From a virus (lineage: Duplodnaviria; Caudoviricetes): a stretch of DNA of 64,000 nt. Shown piece after piece: positions 45,801 to 53,695 of the stretch. The notes under the pieces are model-generated. The model did no database searches and was not told the DNA's origin. It saw nothing but the letters and a program-made list of their open reading frames with translations. Numbering within the stretch: position 1 is the stretch's first letter; every line of letters begins with the position of its first letter. The stretch covers positions 5,012 to 69,011 of the IMG/VR virus record IMGVR_UViG_3300033416_000002, one strand, 5' to 3'. Both the position numbers and the translations under genes were made by a program.

Positions 45801-46411
45801 GGAGCGAGTTGGGCAAGACCGTTACTCGCAAGCAGAGTCTCAGGCAGAATCGCGCCAATGTGAAGGCCAAGAAGAGGGAACTGAGGAAAGAGGCCGGGCG
45901 CAGGGAGCGTGCGGCTTGGGGAGCGGCGCTCAAGGGTCAGGGTCCCCGGATGCAGAAGCGCCGAGTCAAGGAAAGCGCCATGGACTTGCTCGAGGCCGCA
46001 CGCGGATTCGAGAGCGGGATGTGGCTTCTCGAGCATCCAGGGCACGCGGATCAGAGCGTGCATGGCAGCCGTGGCACGCGACTCAAGGGACGCATCAAGA
46101 GTGCCATCAAGTACAAGACGCTAGCCAAGCAGTTCAACCCAGACAAGACCAATCGGGGTTTCCAGGCGGGATCCATGAAGGTGGGCGGCAAGAAGGTGAG
46201 CGCCAAGGAGTACAACGCCGCTACGGGGATGAAGGGGAGTGTTCATACGGCACAGTGGCGCCCGGGGGCGGCGTATCAGAAGGTAGTCTCGTATACCCCG
46301 AGGGGTAGGGCCGAGGCAGAGGTTCCCGACTACTCTCACCGCGTACATCGGGATACGAAGGTGGCTGTAAAGAACGAGAACCGAAGACGTTTCGCCAAGA
46401 AGAAAGCATAG
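42848..46411 (+). CDS. Large Lys/Arg/Gly/Ala-rich protein with five (L/I)LEHPGH(P/A)DQSVH motifs; putative head-cargo polyprotein
   Basis: Start MTSASQAG overlapping the portal stop; motifs at about 42881, 43277, 44351, 45461, 46028; JAB-like HVHP..SSGD at 43898-43942. Confidence 0.75.
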   Translation: MTSASQAGFLLLEHPGHPDQSVHAPIKRAARAVKRVRVKLKDPARRKAYLNAAGRGAAEGYLKGAAHAAALGAGAMALRGGRMTTAEDLMGGALTGAFFGAPAGALIGAGAEMRRENRKRKRERVKESGVNHLDMARDLRLDLLEHPGHPDQSVHGNRQTTMSGGRITGSMRRRAFVRGAAEGAWAGAKLGAKTAAMGAVTDVAINLALAKVTGGSVGVKQASRLLKSNVPAAKKAVTRAVVSATVLHGMSAAVRGPDDIAGGDLRSRVKDYARYSKIQRMKAERTIRKLPPDQQRAAFENWTRASQREILGGFDATGKLTFTNRGTTRGVGPSYGSLLTGKAQRSKALSHVHPTNAANYLSSGDMAAAFKVGKGIASVTPEGKREELRVTGGAKGLWQGMAAKNATARYDNEIQRRAWGTREYVTRGTQVTKRSGGSGKMMRGHLAAVAREHKGHEKTAKTRLGKAYHAKRAKGALELRAKVRETDMNHLDVARGFRLELLEHPGHPDQSVHSPVKRAGRPTRGSGRTSRVGSMKQGARRVGGRLKPGEHAGNVARIAKGATAGAVQGAVTAAIFAPFTGGLSAASVGRQALAGALVAGGGKAEDIGSQYRSGGRKLRREARGRVTKKAQNRIQKAAARQERRGSAYSTLGTVTRVAGYGTAFGLDRPLRSGIRGAGARVGAARVNRGAAGRRHTATGPTIGLGKGGYWVKESRGDLLEIGVAPWQEGKHKRVGGKFAAKNAGPPGAPAAPIAPTTFTKPTGVATVGPMKPTAMASPAPAPAGPRPGAPPPASAGRGGVRPTKKGGRDAGGKGRPAGMPESKNKGKSRFRAGEKTRWKPGDPVPTGRGGKPMPTKKKPVVKKVVRESTDILEHPGHPDQSVHSPIKRAGRAIRGAGKALGNKPKVRRAKATIRAAGKVRSAGLKASKVGYKAGRTLARSPITAVRTAKKGAGPAVAYASDIKGAAKATKGIKQQAARELNKTKWSELGKTVTRKQSLRQNRANVKAKKRELRKEAGRRERAAWGAALKGQGPRMQKRRVKESAMDLLEAARGFESGMWLLEHPGHADQSVHGSRGTRLKGRIKSAIKYKTLAKQFNPDKTNRGFQAGSMKVGGKKVSAKEYNAATGMKGSVHTAQWRPGAAYQKVVSYTPRGRAEAEVPDYSHRVHRDTKVAVKNENRRRFAKKKA

Positions 46412-46421
46412 GAGCAATGCC

Positions 46422-46886
46422 ATGACTGTGGATCTGCTTGAGGCCGCCAGAAACTTCGAGGATGAGCTTTATCTCCTTGAGCATCCGGGGCACCCCGATC
46501 AGAGCGTCCATTCGCCCGTCAAGCGGGCGGGGGGGGCGATCCGTAGTGGAGCCCAGAAAGCTGGTCGCGGGGCGAAGGCCGCGGCAAAGGTCGCCCTGGG
46601 CGTACACCCCAAGCAGAACGCGGCGAGAAAGGAAGCCTGGGGCAATCTGGCCAAGAGGGGGAAGAAGGCTGGTCGCGGGGCGAAGGCCGCGGCAAAGGTC
46701 GCCCTGGGCGTACACCCCAAGCAGAACGCGGAGAGAAAGGAAGCCTGGGGCAATCTGGCCAAGAGGGGGAAGAAGGCTGGCCGGGTGGCGAAGGCCGCGG
46801 GGCGCGGGGTGGCAGGTGTTATGCGCGCCATGGGTGATTCGGCAACGGCAGATGCTCGAGCACAGAAAAAGAATCGCTCCAACTAG
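46422..46886 (+). CDS. Basic protein with the same LLEHPGHPDQSVH motif and a 36-aa tandem repeat
   Basis: MTVDLLEAARNFEDELYLLEHPGHPDQSVHSPVKR; 108-nt period repeat 46557-46800. Confidence 0.75.
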   Translation: MTVDLLEAARNFEDELYLLEHPGHPDQSVHSPVKRAGGAIRSGAQKAGRGAKAAAKVALGVHPKQNAARKEAWGNLAKRGKKAGRGAKAAAKVALGVHPKQNAERKEAWGNLAKRGKKAGRVAKAAGRGVAGVMRAMGDSATADARAQKKNRSN

Positions 46887-46898
46887 GAGTAGCAGACC

Positions 46899-47732
46899 GT
46901 GCCCTACAAACTGAAGGGCAACTGTGTCATTCGAGCCGACACAGGAGAGACGGTGAAGTGCCACAAGACCAGGAAGAAGGCCCTGGCCCATCTGGCCGCC
47001 ATGGAGATCCACATACACGAGGCGGTCGGGTGGGTTGAAGGCAAGCACCCAAGAGACGATGTTGGGAGATTTGCCTTTCTCCATGGGGGTCGAACTGTAG
47101 ACTCAACCCGCCTCTCGCGTTCGTCTATCAAGGACGGGAGGTTGCTAGGGCTCGAGCATCAGTTTGCCACTCCCGCGGCGGCCAGGAAAGAGGCCATCGC
47201 TGATCTCCAGCAGGTGGCCAACCGCTCCCATGGAGAGTGTGCCTACTTTCTCAGTGGCAATCGGATCACAGCCCATTCCAAGACCTCCACCCCGGGGAAG
47301 ATCCACCTGGGTACAAGGGATGAACTGATGGGTAAGGACGTGATTCACTCACACCCGCATGGAGTTGCAGGACTCTCACCCGCAGACATGTGGGCGTTCT
47401 CAACGGGGGGTATGAGATCCTTCTCGTCCGTAACAGCGGACGGAACTGTAACCGGAGTGCGTCTCAAGAAGGGCAAGGATCACCCCGAGCTGGGCGTTGC
47501 GGCCACAATCGGTGGGAGAATGGCGGAAGACGTAATGATCCGCGCGCAGTATGAAGTGCAAATGCGAGGTCTGGGCACGCATCACAAAAAGGGAGGGATG
47601 GACATCCCAACCCCTGAGGCTAGCAAGGAAATCTGGAAGTCGTTCACAAAGTACATGAGCAACTCTGCCGTCCGAAATCCGGATGGGTCCTTGGTCAAGG
47701 TCGGTGACTACTACGAGTTCTTTGGTGGATGA
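46899..47732 (+). CDS. Head-associated protein with JAB/MPN-like (JAMM) motif
   Basis: N-term MPYK...CH.T...ALA.LAA; WVEGKHPRDDVGRF; E..HSHPHGVAGLSPAD equals HxHx7SxxD. Confidence 0.65.
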   Translation: MPYKLKGNCVIRADTGETVKCHKTRKKALAHLAAMEIHIHEAVGWVEGKHPRDDVGRFAFLHGGRTVDSTRLSRSSIKDGRLLGLEHQFATPAAARKEAIADLQQVANRSHGECAYFLSGNRITAHSKTSTPGKIHLGTRDELMGKDVIHSHPHGVAGLSPADMWAFSTGGMRSFSSVTADGTVTGVRLKKGKDHPELGVAATIGGRMAEDVMIRAQYEVQMRGLGTHHKKGGMDIPTPEASKEIWKSFTKYMSNSAVRNPDGSLVKVGDYYEFFGG

Positions 47733-47733
47733 C

Positions 47734-49260
47734 ATGAAACCACACCGGCAGCCACCCATTCGCCAAGAAGTTTGGGATGTGGATGGGGGGGTCCCCCCAG
47801 CCGAGATCGAGATTGACGAGAGGGCCTTCGTGGGTACCTACGCGCCCCGCAAGAAAAAGAAGACAGTGCATGAGGTGGCATCTCCCATGCGACTGCCTAC
47901 TGGGCGTGTGCTGCGCAGAACACTTGTTCTACTCGAGGCTGGTGGGTACAACCCCTACAGGGATCGGCTGGGGCGATTCGCCTCTGGTCCTGGTGGGGGT
48001 TTTGGGGCAGGCTTTGCGGCGAGTAGAGGCAAGCCCTCTCGATTTGGTCCCATGGCCAAGGCTGCCCTCAAGGCGGCGCAGGCGGCCAAGGTGGGCAAGT
48101 CGTGGAAGCAGATGACCAGCCCCAAGTACCCCACTGGCAAGAGCGCCACCACCCTGAAAATCGCAGGGGGAGGGGTCTATCGCACTACTCGAGGACAAGG
48201 AGCCGTTCTGCCAGGCAGTCGCCTGACACCCAACCAGGCCAGGGCCATTCGCACGATCATGGGCAAGCCCAAGGTGCAGTCCGCAACTCGAGCTGGACGA
48301 GCGGTGCATCGTGGGGCAGTGATTGGCGGGATGAAGACCGGCAAGGTGGGCCTGAAGGTGGCCAGCAAGGCAGTCGCCGGAGCATCCGAGGCCCTTGGTG
48401 GCGGATCCTCGGTGACCTCGAACATTGGCCGCATGACCGGCAGGACTGCGGGCAAGGTCCTGAGGACGCGCAGTGGGAAGATCGCCGTGGCAGCAGCGGC
48501 GGGCGCCGGGGCTGTCTACGTGGCGGGTCGAGTAGGAACCAAGTCTGCCCGTGAGCAGCTCGATCACTCCCAGAAGATCATGTACGATCGCAACTCGAGG
48601 ATCGCGTGGCGCAAGAACCAGGAGATCCTGGGGCGCAACGGCAACAAGATCAAGCCTGGCGATGAGGTCAAGGTTGGGCCAGGCAGAAAGACCTACACCT
48701 ACCTGGGCGGTGAGCAGCGCCGTCAGGGCCGACTCTGGACGACCAATGGCAAGATGCTCGTGGCGGACAAGGATGGCAACGTCAAGTCCGTCAGATACGC
48801 CACCATCATGTCTGGGGGCAAGCGGTCCAACATGGACTCCAAGTTCGCCATGCAGATGGCCGAGGATCACAGCAAGGCCACCTGGGGAGACAAGCTGGCC
48901 AAGCGTCACGCGGTTTCCGGGGTCAAGGCGGCGATCAAGTACCACATCATGACCAAGCGGTCCTCGCGCCAACGAATCAGGAAGGAGCTGCGCAATGACA
49001 TCCGGAACCTCGGGCGGTCCTCTCTGAGGGGGGCTGCTGCGGCCAAGATTCTGGGACGCCTTGAGTCTCAGTTCTTCTCCAAGCAGATGAAGCGCCAGCG
49101 GGACTGGGCTCCTCGCCCTACGGCCAGAGAGAGGAATGCCCGCCAACGGGTCGCTGAGGGCAGGCCTCGTCCCAGGAAGGGGCGGCGCCCCGGGGACGAA
49201 GAGCTGCTTCAGGGCGGCTTCAAGAATCCGCGGCACCACTACGGGCCACGCGCATCCTGA
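47734..49260 (+). CDS. Large basic head-region protein
   Basis: LLEAGGYNPYRDRLGRFASG motif followed by a K/R/G/A-rich body. Confidence 0.7.
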   Translation: MKPHRQPPIRQEVWDVDGGVPPAEIEIDERAFVGTYAPRKKKKTVHEVASPMRLPTGRVLRRTLVLLEAGGYNPYRDRLGRFASGPGGGFGAGFAASRGKPSRFGPMAKAALKAAQAAKVGKSWKQMTSPKYPTGKSATTLKIAGGGVYRTTRGQGAVLPGSRLTPNQARAIRTIMGKPKVQSATRAGRAVHRGAVIGGMKTGKVGLKVASKAVAGASEALGGGSSVTSNIGRMTGRTAGKVLRTRSGKIAVAAAAGAGAVYVAGRVGTKSAREQLDHSQKIMYDRNSRIAWRKNQEILGRNGNKIKPGDEVKVGPGRKTYTYLGGEQRRQGRLWTTNGKMLVADKDGNVKSVRYATIMSGGKRSNMDSKFAMQMAEDHSKATWGDKLAKRHAVSGVKAAIKYHIMTKRSSRQRIRKELRNDIRNLGRSSLRGAAAAKILGRLESQFFSKQMKRQRDWAPRPTARERNARQRVAEGRPRPRKGRRPGDEELLQGGFKNPRHHYGPRAS

Positions 49261-50300
49261 TGCCCACACGACGACGGGCTCGGCGTGCCACTCGCCTTAG
49301 GCGTACCTCGCAAGAGGTCGCCTTCGAGGCAGAGATGAACGCTGCCCGCAAGGAGATCTTCACCACGGTCAATCAGACCAAGGCCCAGGTGATGGTCACG
49401 CTCAAGGACACCCGTAGTCTAATCGACCACGAGATTGCGCGGATTGGTGGGCCTGTGGGCCGTCTGGGCCCAGGCGAGCTGGCCGCCGCCCAGACAGCAG
49501 TGGACGTGGCCATTGTGGACATGGAGCGCAGACTCCAGTTCGCCATGCGGACTCACTTGCAGCGCATGTTCGGACTCGGGAGCGCCGCGGTGGATCGGGG
49601 GGTACAGAGGGCTCACCTCACGGCCGTGCTGCCAGCTATCGACACGGCTCAGGTCGAGATGGCCGTGGCCAACAGCCATCGGCTCGTGTCTGGTCTCTCT
49701 CAGCTCTCGCGCGGGCGCCTACACGATGTGATGGTGCGCGCCACCCTGGCCAGGCAGACTCCGTACCAGGCCATGCAGCAGATCGGGGACCTCTTGCGCG
49801 AGGGCGGGCGCGGGACTCCTCCAGGCAGACTTGCTGCCGAGGCAGAGCGCATTTACAGGACAGAAGGCCTGCGCACTGCCAATCTGGCCAACTACGCCCG
49901 GATGGAGCAACTCGCTACCAGGGTGCCTGGCTCCCACAAAAAGTGGATTCATGGAGGCGGGGGCAGGGATCCCAGGGAGCACCATGCCAGGATGAACGGG
50001 ATGGTCATCCCGATGGACCAGGACTTCATCCTGGTGGACAAGAAGGGGCGCAGATGGAAGGCATTCGGGCCACATGACCCAGGCCTGCCTCCTGGCGAGG
50101 TGATCAATTGCACTTGTACTCTGGGCATGGTTTTGCCCGGCTTTAGAACCTACGACTTGACACATGGCACCAAGCAACTCAGAGGGCTGCGCCGGAGCGC
50201 CATCCAGGCTGAGTGGCAGGCTACATCAATGGACCCAAGGCTCTCGCCTGTTATCAGCGCCCTGGACAGGGTGATTGGGGGAGGCGTTGAAATCCCGTAA
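49260..50300 (+). CDS. Head morphogenesis protein (MuF / SPP1 gp7-like)
   Basis: RI.RTE, KKW, R..H..MNG, P..P.EVINCTC motifs. Confidence 0.85.
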   Translation: MPTRRRARRATRLRRTSQEVAFEAEMNAARKEIFTTVNQTKAQVMVTLKDTRSLIDHEIARIGGPVGRLGPGELAAAQTAVDVAIVDMERRLQFAMRTHLQRMFGLGSAAVDRGVQRAHLTAVLPAIDTAQVEMAVANSHRLVSGLSQLSRGRLHDVMVRATLARQTPYQAMQQIGDLLREGGRGTPPGRLAAEAERIYRTEGLRTANLANYARMEQLATRVPGSHKKWIHGGGGRDPREHHARMNGMVIPMDQDFILVDKKGRRWKAFGPHDPGLPPGEVINCTCTLGMVLPGFRTYDLTHGTKQLRGLRRSAIQAEWQATSMDPRLSPVISALDRVIGGGVEIP

Positions 50301-50481
50301 CGACAGTGGGGGCTTCGAGGTCTTGATTGAGTCGCACGTCGGGATGGCCCAGCTGGTGAGGTGCCCTGACTGCAACGAGGCTCTCGCCGAAGTAGTGGAT
50401 GAGTACAGGGGGAGAGGGGTTAGGATACGCTGTAGACGGTGCAAGAAGAAAACCCTGCTGGTGGCTGCTGAGGACTGGTAG
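50287..50481 (+). CDS. Com-like Zn-ribbon protein
   Basis: RCPDCNEALA...IRCRRCKKK; start uncertain. Confidence 0.65.
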   Translation: MKSRNDSGGFEVLIESHVGMAQLVRCPDCNEALAEVVDEYRGRGVRIRCRRCKKKTLLVAAEDW

Positions 50482-50511
50482 TTGGTGAAGTTCGCTAGGC
50501 ATGGGTAGAAT
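50482..50511 (+). promoter_or_regulatory. Candidate late promoter (capsid)
   Basis: TTGGTG-18nt-TAGAAT. Confidence 0.6.
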
Positions 50512-50528
50512 CGAGCTGGGAGTGGGCC

Positions 50529-52850
50529 ATGGCCAATGACAAGCATCTGATCCTTGAGACCGGGGGAGTGCTACTCGGCCCCTCTGGGAAGAACGGCTCC
50601 AAGTGGCGAGTGACCCTGATCGAGGAGGGCATCTCCAAGAACAGGCGCTACTACGGTGGAGACATGCTCGAGCGGGATGCCAGGATGTTTGATGGCTTGC
50701 GGGCATTCGTGGATCATCCCACTCCTGAAGAGCGGCAGTCCCGCCCCGAGGGCTCGGTGCAGCGGCTGGCAGGTTGGTACGACAACGTGGGAATCGTCAA
50801 CCAGGGCGGGAAGCGGCGGGTTGACGCGGATCTCAATGTGATCAACCCGGAGCTTCGTCAGACCATGCTGAACGCATGGGAGATGGGCCGCCCGGATCTC
50901 ATCGGCTTCTCGATCAACGCCTCGGCCACCAATCTTCGCCCTGCAACGATTGGGGGGCAGGTGGTGGAGACCGTTGATGGCTTTCAGACCGTCAGATCGG
51001 TGGACGTAGTGACGATCCCTGGTGCAGGCGGGGTTATCCGAGCAGTTCTCGAATCAACTGGAGGCACTACCATGGCCGATCCCTTGACGGCAGAGCAGAT
51101 CAAGGAACTGGTCGAGTCGGCGGCGGCTAAGGCGGCCGAGGAGGCAGCTTCGCGGACGGCTGAAGCGTTCCGCGCGGCCCTGCTCGAAGCCGTTGAGGAG
51201 GCCGAGGAAGGCGAGACCGGGGATTCCGACACCGACCCCGACATCCCCGAGGAGGAAGAGGGGGACGAGGAGGTCGAGGACGAGGACGAAGACGAAGACG
51301 AGGAAGGTGAGGGCGAGGAGGACGAGGGGTCGCTCGACGACGCCGTGGAGGAAGCCCTCCGGCCGGTGATGAAGCGCATGCAGCGGCTCGAGAGGGAGCT
51401 GTACGAGTCGGCGGGCATGCGCTACATCGAAACCTCACTCGCCGCGAGCACCCTCCCCGATCCCTTCAAGGAGCACGCGCGCACGCGCATGGTCGAGCTG
51501 CTCGAGGCTGGGGCGTTGACGGCCGACAGCGGCAAGAAGATCGTTGAGAGCACGGCAGAGTTCGCCGGGAAGGTGGCCCCCGTGAATCCGACTGGCACGC
51601 CGGGTACGGTTGTGACCATGGGCAAGGACGAGTGGGATCGCTACCAGGCAGGGCTCGCCGTCATGCTGGGGGCGCCCTCGACCGCCGAGAACCGCGGTTT
51701 CGGCTCGATCATGGAGGCGTACTACAACTATCCCGGGCAGGACCGCCGCTGGGGCGGCTTCTCGGCCCTGGAAGTCTTCAACGCCCTCTCCGATCCGGGC
51801 GCCAACCGCCGCATCTACGACTCCGAGCTGGACGCCAAGCGGGTGCAGGAGTCCGTGACCACGGCGACCTTCGGGCAGCTCTTCGCTGACGTGATGTACC
51901 AGCGGATGATGAAGACGTTCAGCGAGATGCCCTACCGGGACTGGACCAAGCTGGTCTCCCAGCGTGAGAACGTCACCGACTTCCGCTCGCGGCGGTGGAT
52001 CCGCTGGGGGATGTACGGCAACATCCCCGCCGTGGGACAGGGTGCGCCGTACCAGCCTCTGACCACGCCTGGCGACGAGGAAGCCTACTACTCGATCAGC
52101 AAGTACGGTGGGCTCGAAGACCTGACGATCGAGGCTGTGACGATGGACAACCTCGGCCAGCTGCGCCAGATCCCCGAGAAGCTCTCCTACGCTACCGCGC
52201 GCACGCTGTTCGAGTCGATGATGGACCTCGCCACCACGGGCGGCCTCACCACCGTCACCACCTACGACGGTGTGGCCACCTACGCCAGTGGGCACACCAA
52301 CCTGTCCACCTCGAACACCTACCTCCTGAACCCTGACGGCCTGGACTCGGTGCAGCAGGCCATGCGCGCGCAGGTGCCCTACGGGGCTCCGGCGACCGAG
52401 TACCTGGGAAGCCGCAACAAGATCAAGTACCTGATCGTTCCGCCTTCCTACGAGTATCGGGCCAAGGCGTTCCTGAATCCGAGCGACAAGTTCCAGGCCA
52501 GCCTGGTTCCGCTGGACGCCAGCCAGAGTTCCGCCGTGCTGCGCGACCTCGGCGCCTTCGGGACGATCGACCCGTTCGCCTTCGCCAACCAGGGCATCGA
52601 GGTCATCGTCTACGACAAGCTGACCTCCAACCACAACGTCTACGTCTTCGCCGATCCGAACCAGCCGGGCATCGAGACGCTGGTGGTCGGTTTCCTCAAC
52701 GGCCGGGACACCCCCGAGCTGTTTGTGCAGGATGCCGGGACCAACGCCGGGTCGGCCTTCACCGCGGACAAGATCACCTACAAGGTGAGGATGTTCTGGG
52801 GGATGTGCTGGCTCGACCACCGCTCGGCCTACTGCATGCAGATCACGTAG
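50529..52850 (+). CDS. Prohead protease (T4 gp21/S77-like) - scaffold - major capsid (HK97 fold) fusion
   Basis: G.SKN.RYY, VDHP (His), GFSIN (Ser) in the first ~175 aa; acidic helical scaffold; capsid domain after VQES with DFR, EE..Y...KYG, Mu gpT-like C-term. Confidence 0.88.
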   Translation: MANDKHLILETGGVLLGPSGKNGSKWRVTLIEEGISKNRRYYGGDMLERDARMFDGLRAFVDHPTPEERQSRPEGSVQRLAGWYDNVGIVNQGGKRRVDADLNVINPELRQTMLNAWEMGRPDLIGFSINASATNLRPATIGGQVVETVDGFQTVRSVDVVTIPGAGGVIRAVLESTGGTTMADPLTAEQIKELVESAAAKAAEEAASRTAEAFRAALLEAVEEAEEGETGDSDTDPDIPEEEEGDEEVEDEDEDEDEEGEGEEDEGSLDDAVEEALRPVMKRMQRLERELYESAGMRYIETSLAASTLPDPFKEHARTRMVELLEAGALTADSGKKIVESTAEFAGKVAPVNPTGTPGTVVTMGKDEWDRYQAGLAVMLGAPSTAENRGFGSIMEAYYNYPGQDRRWGGFSALEVFNALSDPGANRRIYDSELDAKRVQESVTTATFGQLFADVMYQRMMKTFSEMPYRDWTKLVSQRENVTDFRSRRWIRWGMYGNIPAVGQGAPYQPLTTPGDEEAYYSISKYGGLEDLTIEAVTMDNLGQLRQIPEKLSYATARTLFESMMDLATTGGLTTVTTYDGVATYASGHTNLSTSNTYLLNPDGLDSVQQAMRAQVPYGAPATEYLGSRNKIKYLIVPPSYEYRAKAFLNPSDKFQASLVPLDASQSSAVLRDLGAFGTIDPFAFANQGIEVIVYDKLTSNHNVYVFADPNQPGIETLVVGFLNGRDTPELFVQDAGTNAGSAFTADKITYKVRMFWGMCWLDHRSAYCMQIT

Positions 52851-52875
52851 TCGATCTGCGAGAGGAGAGACGACC

Positions 52876-53271
52876 ATGCGTTTCCATGACCTCATCGGGA
52901 CCATCAGCGACTGCATTCCGTGCGCCGCGCAGGGAGCCGCCGACGCCACCAGCTACATCGGCATCTGGCGGGCGCCCTACAAGTGCCGTGTCACGGCCCT
53001 GGCGTGGGTGCCCTCCACGGCGTCCACGGGCAACACCACCAACCACCGCAACTTCAACGTCGATCTCGCCGCTGGCACCGAGCAGGCGAACGTGGACTTG
53101 ACCACGGGAGTCGATCTCGTGGCGGGTACCGCGAAGGCGATCGCCATCACGACCACCGCGGGCTATATCAACCTCGAGGAGGGAGACACCCTCCTGCTCG
53201 AGAGCGAGAAGGTCGGCAGCGGTGTGGCCGTGGGTCTGGGGTCCTGGCAGATCACCTACCAGGGCAACTAG
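52876..53271 (+). CDS. Head decoration / cement-like protein, paralog 1
   Basis: Directly after the capsid; beta-rich; paralog of the next gene. Confidence 0.6.
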   Translation: MRFHDLIGTISDCIPCAAQGAADATSYIGIWRAPYKCRVTALAWVPSTASTGNTTNHRNFNVDLAAGTEQANVDLTTGVDLVAGTAKAIAITTTAGYINLEEGDTLLLESEKVGSGVAVGLGSWQITYQGN

Positions 53272-53284
53272 GGGAGGCGGCGCG

Positions 53285-53686
53285 ATGCGCTACCACGACT
53301 TCATCGACACCATCACCAAGTGCGTCATGGTCCCGGCTCAGGCGGCTGATGCCCCTACGGCCTACGTGGCGATCTGGCGCGCACCCTACAAGTGCCGGGT
53401 GACCGGCCTGGGGTACGTGCCGATCGCTGGGGTCACGGGGCAGGACACCGAGAGCCGGAATCTCAACGTCGATCTCGGCAGCACCAAGGCCGAGCAGGCC
53501 AATCTGGACCTGGAGGCGGGTACCAACCTGACCGCCAAGGACGACAACGCCATTCCCATCACGGTTGCCGCTGGCTACATCGACCTCGAGGAGGGGGACA
53601 CCCTCATTCTCGAATCCGAGTTGGTGGGGACCAGCGGGCTCGCCGTGGGGATTGGCGACTGGACGATCACCTTCAAGGGCAACTAG
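53285..53686 (+). CDS. Head decoration / cement-like protein, paralog 2
   Basis: Shares IWRAPYKCRVT, N.NVDL, EQAN.DL, AGYI.LEEGDTL.LESE and ITxxGN with paralog 1. Confidence 0.6.
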   Translation: MRYHDFIDTITKCVMVPAQAADAPTAYVAIWRAPYKCRVTGLGYVPIAGVTGQDTESRNLNVDLGSTKAEQANLDLEAGTNLTAKDDNAIPITVAAGYIDLEEGDTLILESELVGTSGLAVGIGDWTITFKGN

Positions 53687-53695
53687 GAGCGATCG

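Noticed and set aside
51435-52949. 504-aa minus-strand ORF (also 47929-49269, 62449-63570, 62640-63665, 22338-23453)
   Set aside because: Antisense shadows of strongly GC3-biased real genes; no motifs, RBS or promoter.
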